Virus record (IMG/VR): IMGVR_UViG_3300009376_000009
Reading direction: 5' to 3' (one strand)
From: an uncultured virus (IMG/VR IMGVR_UViG_3300009376_000009)
Lineage: Duplodnaviria > Heunggongvirae > Uroviricota > Caudoviricetes
Length of the DNA stretch: 20,000 nt
A program made the position numbers and the translations under genes. The notes under the pieces were generated by a model. It was not told where the DNA came from. It made no database searches and saw only the letters and a program-made list of their open reading frames with translations. How positions within the stretch are numbered: position 1 is the stretch's first letter; every line of letters begins with the position of its first letter. This document shows, in pieces, positions 8,275 to 17,210 of the stretch.

Positions 8275-9260
8275 TAGCCCTCCAACCAATACCATTTCTC
8301 GTCATTCAATACGGCTCCGTAGTATACTCTGAATTGTATACTGAGATAATCCTCTCGCGTAACGTTGAAGAAATCAATGTAGTGATAATCCCAATCGTAG
8401 TGGTATGTGTCGTAGGTGGATGAACCATTGTAGAGAAGACGTAGTTGGGACGTTGTTGTCGTATTATTGATGTAGACGTCAATTGTTACGGTAACTGTAA
8501 CATTCGCCATACAACTGAAATCAACATCGAAGTCATTCAGCAATTTACTGCTATTCGTAGTGTTGTTGGTATACCAATAAGAGTTGACTGAGTAGAAGAA
8601 AGCATCGCAATCCTCTGTGACTTCCTCTTCCTCTTGCTCATATTCACAAGAGCCATCATCGTGAGTAGCGGTTTCGTTGTAGTTAAGGGCTACGGGGTCT
8701 GTGCAGCCATATATCGCTTGTTCCTGCTCCCCTTCATCAAAATCGAAATCAATGACTACGTTCTCAAATAGGTCTATGGTTCCGTTTTCAACCTCAATAA
8801 AGGCGTGATGCGTTCCTTCGCTCAAATTATGAAATCTCTCCGCAAAGAAATACTGATTACGGAATGCGGGGCTTACTCCACTTCGTTCCTCCCCATCCAA
8901 TGAGATGTAGTATTCAATAGTGTGTGCGGTGTTACAGTAGTTATCATCTTGTAATTCAACATTGAATAAGGCGTCGTATTCGATAACGTAATGATTTACG
9001 TTTAGGCTCCAAGACTCTTCACAAGAATGTGGAGTTATGTCGGGGTCATCGTCCTCTGCCCCCAACCAAGCGATACCGAAATCAATACCACTCTGATGAA
9101 GGCCGGTCATCAATAGAGCAAGAATAGAGCCTATTGTGATTATAAGCGACCTTAACTCAGTAAAGCGGTCATTCAATTCAGAAATGATGCTTGGCTCATC
9201 ATGCCTATGGGGATGAGAGGGAGTTACCTCATGTGAGTGTGTTGCATCGCTCGCGCTCAT
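8274..9260 (-). CDS. Membrane-anchored acidic protein with a GCTD-x3-LNY-x6-DDGSC motif
   Basis: 328 aa, single TM segment (LIITIGSILALLMTGL), motif YGCTDPVALNYNETATHDDGSCEY, and many N-x-S/T sequons. Confidence 0.75.
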   Translation of the reverse strand: MSASDATHSHEVTPSHPHRHDEPSIISELNDRFTELRSLIITIGSILALLMTGLHQSGIDFGIAWLGAEDDDPDITPHSCEESWSLNVNHYVIEYDALFNVELQDDNYCNTAHTIEYYISLDGEERSGVSPAFRNQYFFAERFHNLSEGTHHAFIEVENGTIDLFENVVIDFDFDEGEQEQAIYGCTDPVALNYNETATHDDGSCEYEQEEEEVTEDCDAFFYSVNSYWYTNNTTNSSKLLNDFDVDFSCMANVTVTVTIDVYINNTTTTSQLRLLYNGSSTYDTYHYDWDYHYIDFFNVTREDYLSIQFRVYYGAVLNDEKWYWLEG

Positions 9261-9267
9261 ATCTTAG

Positions 9268-9594
9268 TCATGGCGCGAGTGTTTCTTCAAAGTTGAGGGA
9301 GTCTGAGATAATTTCCGCGTTTGCAACGAAGCGATTCTTACAGATAATTTCACCGTAGGTTTCGTTTATCGCATACTGCTCGTAGATACTTGGGGTAACA
9401 TACAACCACGAATCGCGGGTGTCGTTGGTAGTTACAATTAGCACAAAGACAATGTTGTTCGTGCCTTTATTCGTTACTATGGTGTTCTCACGGACTTCAC
9501 AGAAAGAGGCATCCAAGAAAATGCCGGTGACCCCAATCGAAGCGCACATGAGTAGTGCTACTATCCCGATTGCAACTTTTTTCTTGCTAGACAC
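9268..9594 (-). CDS. Membrane-anchored small protein, probable paralogue of 7936..8274
   Basis: KKK plus hydrophobic N-terminus; LYVTPSIYEQYAINETY resembles VFVGPETYEEYEVGYVY. Confidence 0.65.
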   Translation of the reverse strand: MSSKKKVAIGIVALLMCASIGVTGIFLDASFCEVRENTIVTNKGTNNIVFVLIVTTNDTRDSWLYVTPSIYEQYAINETYGEIICKNRFVANAEIISDSLNFEETLAP

Positions 9595-9623
9595 CCTTAT
9601 TCATGCTGATAGCGTCGGGGTGA

Positions 9624-11015
9624 TTAGTCAACATTTCCATCATAATCTTCGTTTCCGGGCTGAGAGTTTTCCAAAGGTGTTTCGCCAACGTTTGCAGGCT
9701 CTAAGTCCTTCCTTTCATCTCCATCTGCTTCAAGGGGTAGATTCAACATATCAAGAGTTTGATTTAGGGTTAAGATACCGTTACTGTAACCCAATACTGC
9801 TCTCTGCATAACATTCAATGGGGTTTCGCTATCCATCGCGTCAAATCGAATTACCGGCAAATCTTGTCTGCGGTATGGAATATTGAGTAAATCCAAGTGA
9901 ATGCCGAAAAGGGCTATGCAGGCTTCTCCAAGAATCTTGTGCATTCGACTAATCGCTTGAACAGCCCATAGATTAGCATTGAAAGTCGCAGCGAAGGTGC
10001 TTCCGCGCTCCTGTCCTGCGGCCACACGCGGCACTTGAAGCACAGCCGCAATATCTGCGTTTATTGCGTCTAAAAAGTCGCTACTGTTAGGCAGGGAGTT
10101 TTCCAAGTCTACATGATGCAATTCTACGTAGTGGGGAAGGACAGGGATTTGGTCGCCTCGTAGACCTTCAAAGAGCGATATTACCTCGTCCATAATGTGA
10201 GTTAGTCGTTCATTCTGTTCTGCGGGGTCTTGAATATGCTCAATCGCCTCCTTGTTAATCGTAATGAATTGCTTGGTCATTGAGTCCTCAAGCGACAGTC
10301 GGTTATTCATCGAGTTATACTTCATGCGTATGGCTTGCTTTAGGGCCGAGAATCGAGAAGCACCCCAAATACCGTAAGTTTTCCGTCCTCTGTTATCCAC
10401 GAACCAATTGCTGCGGTAATCAATCTTGATATGCAGAATCTCGTTAGCAGGGATTTCCTTAGCATTAAGTTTCATTTCCCTTAACAAATACTTCGTGGCT
10501 CTCGTTATGGGATTGTCTTCTGTCGCATCGAAAATAGAATCTATCCCGCCTCTTTCGTCTACAATAGTAATCTGCTTAACAGGAAGGTTCTGTAAGTCAG
10601 TAATACCGACTCCTGCCTTTCCGACTATCTTATTCACATCGTTCCCATATACCATCATGTTTCTCATGGCGTTGATGAGAATATCATCGAAATCAATGCG
10701 CTCTTCTACCAATTCACGTATAGCATCTCTGATTTGAGCGTTCTTCCCCTTCTCGTAGTTTACTTCGTAGTTATTGGCTGTGAGCGATACCGCACGAACA
10801 GCCCCATTCAATTCAGGGTCAAGTTTCAGCATCAAGTCATACATATCAAACTCGTTGTCGTAGTTACTATCGCTCTGTAACCTCTCTGTATCTCGCATGA
10901 CGTCAGGAATACCCGCAACAGCGCGAAAACTCTTATTCGTAGGGATTCTACCGCTTGCGGTCTGCCTCTTTGGTTCGCTTCTCCAAAACTGATACCATTT
11001 CGGCCCTTCTACCAT
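9624..11015 (-). CDS. Portal protein
   Basis: 463 aa. DPELNGAV, MMVYGN, EILHIK, YGIWGASRF, IAAVLQVP and GILTLNQ motifs are typical of HK97/lambda-type portals. First gene of the head operon. Confidence 0.88.
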   Translation of the reverse strand: MVEGPKWYQFWRSEPKRQTASGRIPTNKSFRAVAGIPDVMRDTERLQSDSNYDNEFDMYDLMLKLDPELNGAVRAVSLTANNYEVNYEKGKNAQIRDAIRELVEERIDFDDILINAMRNMMVYGNDVNKIVGKAGVGITDLQNLPVKQITIVDERGGIDSIFDATEDNPITRATKYLLREMKLNAKEIPANEILHIKIDYRSNWFVDNRGRKTYGIWGASRFSALKQAIRMKYNSMNNRLSLEDSMTKQFITINKEAIEHIQDPAEQNERLTHIMDEVISLFEGLRGDQIPVLPHYVELHHVDLENSLPNSSDFLDAINADIAAVLQVPRVAAGQERGSTFAATFNANLWAVQAISRMHKILGEACIALFGIHLDLLNIPYRRQDLPVIRFDAMDSETPLNVMQRAVLGYSNGILTLNQTLDMLNLPLEADGDERKDLEPANVGETPLENSQPGNEDYDGNVD

Positions 11016-11037
11016 GATTATCCCTTAAAACAAGTGC

Positions 11038-11052
11038 CTTATCAACTTTCGG
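11038..11052 (-). promoter_or_regulatory. Archaeal-type promoter (BRE CCGAAAG + TATA-like TTGATAAG) for portal
   Basis: Box ends 22 nt upstream of ATG 11015, consistent with a leaderless transcript. Confidence 0.65.
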
Positions 11053-11126
11053 CTGTTTTTCGCATTATTTCGGTTTTTTCAGCGATTTTCAGAAAGAATT
11101 AACTGTGTGACTGCTCCCCTATACCC

Positions 11127-11244
11127 CAATTCCTTTATTCCTTCAAAGACGTAGATAATAGAATATGCTTACTATCTCATAGTTACTCTAAGAACAGGAG
11201 GGGGGCATCTCCAAAATAGCCTCTTTGAAGGAATAAAGGAATTG
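11127..11244. repeat. Perfect 23-bp inverted repeat separated by 72 bp
   Basis: CAATTCCTTTATTCCTTCAAAGA (11127-11149) and its exact reverse complement TCTTTGAAGGAATAAAGGAATTG (11222-11244). Confidence 0.9.
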
Positions 11245-11303
11245 CTTTACTTCTTCGCAGTATGCCGATTTAATTATTTTTCGGCCTATCAAAATTACCG
11301 AAA

Positions 11304-11319
11304 GAAAGAATGATTATAA
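11304..11319 (+). promoter_or_regulatory. Archaeal-type promoter (purine-rich BRE + TTATAA) for the phosphoesterase-terminase operon
   Basis: GAAAGAA-TGA-TTATAA ending 24 nt upstream of ATG 11344. Confidence 0.65.
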
Positions 11320-11343
11320 CTCACCTGTTGCTCATCTTGTTCA

Positions 11344-12828
11344 ATGGGGGCGGAACCTGTCGCTGGTGGCTATACGGGCCGCACCAAGTTTGTCGGCGGA
11401 CAAGACCTAATTGAGAAGTTTGCTCAAGAACGAGCATTTGCGAGCGAAATGGACTTTGCTCGATTTTTGCATGAAATTGAGCCGAGGCGAAGCGTTAGTG
11501 GTTGGCGTGCTGCTATCAGTAGATGGAAAATGGAGGATAAGAAGAACATCTTCCAAATCCCTCCTGATGAATACAGCGAAACAACCCCCTCGCGTATACG
11601 TGTTTACCACGACAAGGCAAATGACGTCTATCTGACTATGTTGGATAATGCAAATGAGATGATTGCTGTTAGTGGCGAAACACACAGGGAAATGAGAAAA
11701 GCATACTCCAAAGATGGCTCTAATCTCAGTATGAGGGAAATGAGCCGTGAGTTTGGCTTCCCCGAATCATGGGTTTACGAATACGTCAAAATTAACCGAT
11801 GGAATCACCAAATGGATATTCACACCGATGAAGAGATTCAAAATCGGTCAGAAGAAGACCTTGTTCAAGAAATTGTAGATACTAAACGGAATATAGTCTT
11901 GGAAAAGGCTAATCGAAAATATTGGCGTGAAATATCGAAAGATGCCGACAGAATGCGTCTTCTTGACGATTATCTGCTGAATGAGTTTAGAGAAGCACTA
12001 AAAACGCAGAATCTTGCTCCTAAAAAGGTCACAAAACTGAAAATGGCGAAAGCAGAGCCATTTGCGGTGGTAATTTCCCCTACCGACCTTCATTTCGGTG
12101 AAAAGTGTTGGGTAGACGAAACCGGCAACGAATATGATACCGAAGAAGCCCGATTGAGGCTTCTTGATAGGACTGAGAACCTAATTTCTCGACTTCCGGG
12201 TCGTCCTGAGAAGATTTTTCTTGCTACGGGTTCTGATTGGTTCCATGTTGATAATCCACAAGGTTCTACAACGAAAGGGACGTTACAGGATATGTCTACG
12301 ACCCCAACTCAAATCTTCATGGATGGTTGTCTATTGGCGAGAGAACATATTGAGTTGCTGAGAAAGGTTTCTCCTGTTGAAGTGGTTTTTATGCGAGGTA
12401 ATCACGATAGACACATGGCTTTGGCTCTGATGATGTATCTTAGTGCGGTTTACGAGAATACTGATGACGTAAAAGTAATATGCAACCCAATGATACGTCA
12501 ATATCTTACATGGGGTAATAATCTGCTTGGCTTTACGCATGGTGATGGGGTCAAAGGTAATGATTTGCCTCTTCTTATGGCTACTGAGGAACGAAAGGCT
12601 TGGGGTGATTGCGAACACCATACTTGGTTTCACGGACACCTGCACCACATGAAGTTAACTGAGAAGGGTGGAACGACTGTTGTTCAATTACCGAGTTTGG
12701 CGGGAAATGATAGATGGACGTTTAGTAAGGGGTATACTGACTCAAGACCGGGGATTTGCGCCCATCTTCTCGACAAGGACTTAGGGTTAATTGGTAACCT
12801 ATTTGCTCCGGTGATTTTGGATGAGTAG
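11344..12828 (+). CDS. Calcineurin-like metallophosphoesterase with N-terminal HTH-containing region
   Basis: All five metallophosphoesterase motifs are present: DLHFG, GSDWFH, GNHD, HGD, GHLH. HTH-like LSMREMSREFGFPESWVYEYVKINRW in the N-terminal part. Confidence 0.85.
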   Translation: MGAEPVAGGYTGRTKFVGGQDLIEKFAQERAFASEMDFARFLHEIEPRRSVSGWRAAISRWKMEDKKNIFQIPPDEYSETTPSRIRVYHDKANDVYLTMLDNANEMIAVSGETHREMRKAYSKDGSNLSMREMSREFGFPESWVYEYVKINRWNHQMDIHTDEEIQNRSEEDLVQEIVDTKRNIVLEKANRKYWREISKDADRMRLLDDYLLNEFREALKTQNLAPKKVTKLKMAKAEPFAVVISPTDLHFGEKCWVDETGNEYDTEEARLRLLDRTENLISRLPGRPEKIFLATGSDWFHVDNPQGSTTKGTLQDMSTTPTQIFMDGCLLAREHIELLRKVSPVEVVFMRGNHDRHMALALMMYLSAVYENTDDVKVICNPMIRQYLTWGNNLLGFTHGDGVKGNDLPLLMATEERKAWGDCEHHTWFHGHLHHMKLTEKGGTTVVQLPSLAGNDRWTFSKGYTDSRPGICAHLLDKDLGLIGNLFAPVILDE

Positions 12829-14323
12829 TTTCAATACTGATTTTGCTATGGCGCGTAGTCGTACTGATGTGAAATATTTCTACCGATGGCTTGGTTATAC
12901 GTGGGGGGAGCATATTGGCGAATGGATGGAGATGTATGGGGCGCGTGATGATTCCTCTGTTCATCGTGTTTGCGTAATTGCTCCACGTGACCACAGCAAA
13001 TCTACTACTCTGCGGGTAAAACTACTTCACTCTGCTCTTTTTGAGAAGTGGCGTAACAAACCTTTCACCTGTTGGCTCTTTTCAGCAAGCAAGGACTTGG
13101 CTATGCGACGTTTGGAGGAAATTAGGGAGGATATGAAGCGTCACCCTCAACTCAGTAAGTATCTCAATACGAAAAGAGGCAACAAACTTGAATTACATTT
13201 CAATAACGGGGCATGGATTCGTGCTACTTCGGTTGGAGCCGCTATTCGTGGGGAGCATCCCGCCTGTATTGCATTTGATGACGTTCTTGACGATATGGGC
13301 GATATGGATTGGACGAATATTCGACATTGGTTCCGAAAGAAGGTCACTCCTATGCTTAGTCCCGGCACTTCCATATATGTCGTCGGCACACCGATGAGTA
13401 TGGTAGACCTATACCATAGCGAGATGTTACAGAATGAGGCTTGGAAATCAGGCGTATGGTCGAGTATTCCTAATTGGGATGAATACAAATCAAATCCCGA
13501 TATAGAACCGGAAGCACTTTGGCCTGAGTTTAGGCCCATCAAGTTTCTTTTAGAGCAAAAGCAAGCGATGGGAGAGTTGGCGTTTGTGCAGGAATATCTG
13601 TGTAAAGTGGTTGATGATGAAGCGGCTGTTTATCCACGTAATCTGACTCGTAGAAACCTCAATATGGACGCGGTCTTTGAAAATGAGAAGTTAACCAACG
13701 ATAAGTATGCGATAGGTTTCGACCCTTCTCATGGTTTGGGTCAAGATTACAGCGTCATGGTTTGTTTGAGGCAAGATTCTGATGGGTATATTCACCTTTG
13801 TAATATTTGGCGACGAAATGACTTCCCTCCTTCTCGACAAGCCGACATGATGATTGATTGGAATAAGCGATACGGGACTCCTGCCTTCGCTGTTGAGTCG
13901 GTGGGCTTCCAACAACTGTACGAGAGTCTACTAACTCAGAAAAATGCTGGTATTGACTACCGTGAGAGCAAAGTGAGTAATAGGACGATGAAGCAAGGTC
14001 TTCTTAATCGAATGCGCGTGTGGTTTGAGCGCGAATTGGTCTGCTTTCCCTATGGAGATGATTTCACAAGGAAAACCATGAATATTCTGTTAGAGGAACT
14101 AGAGCATCATGCTTGGAGGGACGGTTTAATCGAAGATTTGGCTCGTCATAACGACTGTGCTATGGCTTTGGCTCATGCACTTGACCAATTCAGTTATAAG
14201 ACGCCCGCGTCGCCTGTAATTATGAAAACGATGAAGAAAGGCGAATGGGTTGGTGGTTCTACACGTCCTCAACGGACTGAAACTTCGGGTGTTGGTGGTA
14301 AAGTAATACGGAGGGTTGATTGA
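12821..14323 (+). CDS. terL: Terminase large subunit
   Basis: 500 aa. Walker A variant APRDHSKST, Walker B CIAFDD, coupling motif VVGTP, FVQEY, and RNase H-like nuclease motifs IGFDPS, DYS, HNDCAMA. Confidence 0.92.
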   Translation: MSSFNTDFAMARSRTDVKYFYRWLGYTWGEHIGEWMEMYGARDDSSVHRVCVIAPRDHSKSTTLRVKLLHSALFEKWRNKPFTCWLFSASKDLAMRRLEEIREDMKRHPQLSKYLNTKRGNKLELHFNNGAWIRATSVGAAIRGEHPACIAFDDVLDDMGDMDWTNIRHWFRKKVTPMLSPGTSIYVVGTPMSMVDLYHSEMLQNEAWKSGVWSSIPNWDEYKSNPDIEPEALWPEFRPIKFLLEQKQAMGELAFVQEYLCKVVDDEAAVYPRNLTRRNLNMDAVFENEKLTNDKYAIGFDPSHGLGQDYSVMVCLRQDSDGYIHLCNIWRRNDFPPSRQADMMIDWNKRYGTPAFAVESVGFQQLYESLLTQKNAGIDYRESKVSNRTMKQGLLNRMRVWFERELVCFPYGDDFTRKTMNILLEELEHHAWRDGLIEDLARHNDCAMALAHALDQFSYKTPASPVIMKTMKKGEWVGGSTRPQRTETSGVGGKVIRRVD

Positions 14324-14643
14324 TGCCGAGTAGAGAGCAACGGCTGAAGAAGTTTAATCGGCAAGACCCATCTGTACGTAGACATGGGCCTAAAAAGCGT
14401 CGCGTTGTCTACAAAGAGGCCATTGAGAAGATTCTCCTGAACGAAGGTAATGAGTGGCTTACTGCCGACGAAATTGCTCACAAGGCCAACAATTTCATTT
14501 CCTCTTATTGGACTCAACTCAATACTCACAGCGTTGCTGCTATACTTCGGATTTATGAGAAGGACAAGATTATTGAGTCTAAAAGAATGTTGGCGACTCA
14601 ACCTAAGCGGTATCGCGTCATAGATTCTGAAAAACTATTTTGA
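14323..14643 (+). CDS. Putative winged-helix DNA-binding protein
   Basis: ATG overlaps the terL stop (TGATG) with GGAGG RBS. Basic N-terminus; IEKILL..WLTADEIA..SVAAILR..KDKIIES..KRYRV fits the wHTH pattern. Confidence 0.65.
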   Translation: MPSREQRLKKFNRQDPSVRRHGPKKRRVVYKEAIEKILLNEGNEWLTADEIAHKANNFISSYWTQLNTHSVAAILRIYEKDKIIESKRMLATQPKRYRVIDSEKLF

Positions 14644-14753
14644 AAAAAAATGTTGAAAATCGTTTGAGGGGGTAGGCATTGGATATAGAGATAGGCGGTG
14701 CAGATTTGGAAGCGCCGCAGTACAGCGTTTTTCGTGATTTTTCAATTGCACGG

Positions 14754-14760
14754 CCTTAAG
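14754..14760 (+). promoter_or_regulatory. TATA-like box (CCTTAAG) for the GC-rich plus-strand block
   Basis: Ends 23 nt upstream of ATG 14784, preceded by T-tracts. Confidence 0.5.
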
Positions 14761-14783
14761 GGGGGGAAGCCCCATTGTAGACC

Positions 14784-15659
14784 ATGTCTACATCAGTAGT
14801 ACTAGGAGTTGAAGCAAGCGCGGGCGTACCTGCGCGAATGATTGCCTGCCGTGAGGCGCTGGATGAGGCCGGCGCATCGGCAGAGTGGAGGGCTGCTCTC
14901 GGAGAGCGCACAGGCCTACGGGCCGACCTTCCAGACTGCACGACCCTATGGGGTTGGGCGCAGAGGGCAGGGCGTGAGATGCTCAGGGTCGTCTTCACAG
15001 ACGGCAGCATTCACGACGTGGCCCACGCTGGCGACCTGAACGTGGCCCTCATCGAGAGCCACTTTGCCCGGTCTGTCTACGACAGCACCGGCTCAGACGG
15101 CGAGGGCGGCAGGGTCTACCGGGAGGTCACCCTTGACGGAGTGGTAGAGCGCACCACCGACAGGCAGACCACGTACACCGACTTGACCCTGACGACGAAG
15201 GAGGCTCAGGCCTGCCCCGCCGAGACATGCGGCGGCTGGCTGCACCCGGTCACCTTCACCTGTGGACGCTGCGGCGGCAACTTCCCGGAGGGAGGCGAGG
15301 TCGGAGTCCGAGAGGACGTAGCGAACCGGTACGAGCCGAAAGTCAAGGGCTTCTACCACATCGTCTTCGGTGAGAACGGCGAGGCCGTGAGCCTCACACC
15401 CCGAACCCTGACCCGCAGGAAGGGCAGCGACAAGGCCGGACTCAACCCGGAGTCGTGGGAAATCTTCGCTCGCTGGGAGCGCGGCGGCAAGCCGGCATGG
15501 GCGCAGCAGGCATTCGGCCTCGTGGCCGTGCAGGGGAACGACGGCACAACCTTCCTCCCGGTGGCCTTCCACCGAGAGCAGGCAGCAGCAGCCCGCGAGT
15601 GGGGCATCACCATTCAGGGCAACGGCCCGAACATGGGAATCAGGGAGGTGACGGAGTAG
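14784..15659 (+). CDS. Hypothetical protein with central zinc-ribbon motif
   Basis: 291 aa, CPAETC...CGRC, strong GC3 bias, upstream promoter and downstream hairpin. Confidence 0.75.
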   Translation: MSTSVVLGVEASAGVPARMIACREALDEAGASAEWRAALGERTGLRADLPDCTTLWGWAQRAGREMLRVVFTDGSIHDVAHAGDLNVALIESHFARSVYDSTGSDGEGGRVYREVTLDGVVERTTDRQTTYTDLTLTTKEAQACPAETCGGWLHPVTFTCGRCGGNFPEGGEVGVREDVANRYEPKVKGFYHIVFGENGEAVSLTPRTLTRRKGSDKAGLNPESWEIFARWERGGKPAWAQQAFGLVAVQGNDGTTFLPVAFHREQAAAAREWGITIQGNGPNMGIREVTE

Positions 15660-15663
15660 GCGC

Positions 15664-15697
15664 GGAGTGGGGGCCGCCTTCGGGCGGCCTCCCTCCC
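15664..15697 (+). terminator. GC-rich cUUCGg-tetraloop hairpin after the gene
   Basis: GGCCGCC-TTCG-GGCGGCC (15672-15689) immediately after stop 15659. No U-tract, so it may be a stability/processing hairpin instead. Confidence 0.55.
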
Positions 15698-15730
15698 AAC
15701 GCCGAAACGTTTTGTAACGGAGGTGAGAAG

Positions 15731-16321
15731 ATGAGCAAGCGAAGCGAGAACGAGCGCCGGAAATCCGGCATCCCGGTGAAGCCGAAGCCGACCCCGGAGG
15801 GGAAGGACGGCGGCAGAACGAACGAGAAGATTGGCTCGGTCGCAGACCGGCCCCACGTCGGCATACCGCTAACGCCGAGCCGAGAGCGCAGGATGATTGA
15901 CCTAGCGATTGAGTATTGGGACCACGACATGAGGGGGTCACCGTGCCTAGACGCAACGGCGACCTACTTCGGCATCAGACACCTGCTGCACTTCATGACT
16001 TCGATGAAGGACTTCCTCAGAGCCATGAGGAAGGGCGGCCACACCATCAGGCAGCGCACGAGCCTCATCCGCAAGAAGCCCTACACGGTGCAAGAGTTTT
16101 GTAACAGGCTAGACAGCATCCTCAACCGGGCGCAGGCCCACCACGAGGGGCGCGTTCCTGATGCGTGGGTCTTCACGACCCGCCACATCTACGAGGGCGA
16201 CGAGAGCCACACGCACCACATTCACGCCACCGACACGCACGGCAGAGTTGTGGTTGATACGGCCCCGATGGGGAGCAACGACGACCGAGAGGTCACAGGA
16301 GTTTGGGGGGTGTGGTCTTGA
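15731..16321 (+). CDS. Hypothetical protein, possible papain/C39-like Cys-His-Asp fold
   Basis: 3' part of track ORF 15455..16321; ATG 15731 follows GGAGGTGA RBS. Motifs PCLDATATYFG and HIHATDTHGRVVVDT. Confidence 0.65.
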   Translation: MSKRSENERRKSGIPVKPKPTPEGKDGGRTNEKIGSVADRPHVGIPLTPSRERRMIDLAIEYWDHDMRGSPCLDATATYFGIRHLLHFMTSMKDFLRAMRKGGHTIRQRTSLIRKKPYTVQEFCNRLDSILNRAQAHHEGRVPDAWVFTTRHIYEGDESHTHHIHATDTHGRVVVDTAPMGSNDDREVTGVWGVWS

Positions 16322-16491
16322 GCGAGAGTTTTGTAACGGTTGTCTACCAACTCCCGCAGCCGCACACCGGCTTCAGATGTTTTGTAACGGAAGTTCCCGA
16401 TGGGATGAGATTCGTCATGCCTACATGGGTGGGCTTCGATGGCTTCTGCCTCGGAGTCGCAATAGGGGGTGAGATTGATGGCGAGGGCTAA
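16318..16491 (+). CDS. Small hypothetical protein (57 aa)
   Basis: TTG start overlaps the upstream TGA, GGGGTG RBS, fills the operon gap, and encodes two motif copies as FVT. Confidence 0.5.
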   Translation: MSESFVTVVYQLPQPHTGFRCFVTEVPDGMRFVMPTWVGFDGFCLGVAIGGEIDGEG

Positions 16492-16633
16492 GTGCGACAA
16501 GAATGGATGCAACTTCGCCAACGCGAGAAGGGTGAAGCGTCACCCATTCAAGATAAAGAAAGGCGACTTGCACCGCGTCCCGATAGTTCGGTCTTGCCGG
16601 ATTTGTGGGCGGTACTTGGTGGTGAGGCCATGA
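16478..16633 (+). CDS. Small basic zinc-finger-like protein (51 aa)
   Basis: Not in the track. MARAKCDKNGCNF...RSCRICGRYLVVRP, GGGGTGAG RBS, and its stop overlaps the next ATG (ATGA). Confidence 0.7.
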   Translation: MARAKCDKNGCNFANARRVKRHPFKIKKGDLHRVPIVRSCRICGRYLVVRP

Positions 16634-16809
16634 GTGACGAAGAACGTTTTGTAACGGAGGGATTTACCTTCGATACCTACGCGGGCCGTAAGGGTGCATG
16701 GGTTAAAGCGACCCGGTGCGTATGCCCCTACTGTGAAGCCGACAACATGACTGTTGAGATAATCGAGAGGGTTGACCCTGACCCTGTGGAAGAAGAAGGG
16801 CAAGAATGA
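16630..16809 (+). CDS. Small acidic protein with CPYC motif (59 aa)
   Basis: 3' part of track ORF 16492..16809; ATG 16630 follows GGTGAGG RBS. Confidence 0.65.
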   Translation: MSDEERFVTEGFTFDTYAGRKGAWVKATRCVCPYCEADNMTVEIIERVDPDPVEEEGQE

Positions 16810-16833
16810 ATGTTTTGTAACGGAGGTATGTGT

Positions 16834-17169
16834 ATGGATATAGACAACATGAACACCGAGCAGTTAGTTGCTTGGTTCGTGGACTACCAGCGCAGGCACA
16901 CCGGCACAGGGTCAGGGACGAGTATGAGGGAGGCTGTGAAAGCACTCTTTTTCGCGTCCCGAAGTGTAGACGCGAACGTTGGGGCTGTATGGTCCCAACT
17001 GCTCGCGGACGACGCTGCTCTGAACCGCGTGATGCAGATGCTATGGAACCACGAGCCGGAGCCGCTAATCAGCGACGGAGCCTACCCTGAGTTGAATCTG
17101 ATTGGGACTGACGCCCCTGACGATTCGGTTCGGGTTGCAGGCGCGTTCCTACCACGCAGGCTGCTCTGA
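16834..17169 (+). CDS. Hypothetical protein (111 aa)
   Basis: Track ORF 16810..17169; GGAGGT RBS favours ATG 16834. Confidence 0.7.
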   Translation: MDIDNMNTEQLVAWFVDYQRRHTGTGSGTSMREAVKALFFASRSVDANVGAVWSQLLADDAALNRVMQMLWNHEPEPLISDGAYPELNLIGTDAPDDSVRVAGAFLPRRLL

Positions 17170-17210
17170 TTGAGTAGGGACGTTTTGTAACGACATGGGG
17201 ATTACGTAAG

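Noticed and set aside
12821..14323. Intein or intron in terL
   Set aside because: Length (500 aa) and motif spacing are normal, with no intein insertion apparent.
14756..16521. Long overlapping ORFs such as 15093..15956 (-) and the 5' extension 15455..15730 (+)
   Set aside because: Shadow ORFs from high GC3. RBS, promoter and hairpin positions support 14784..15659 and 15731..16321 instead.
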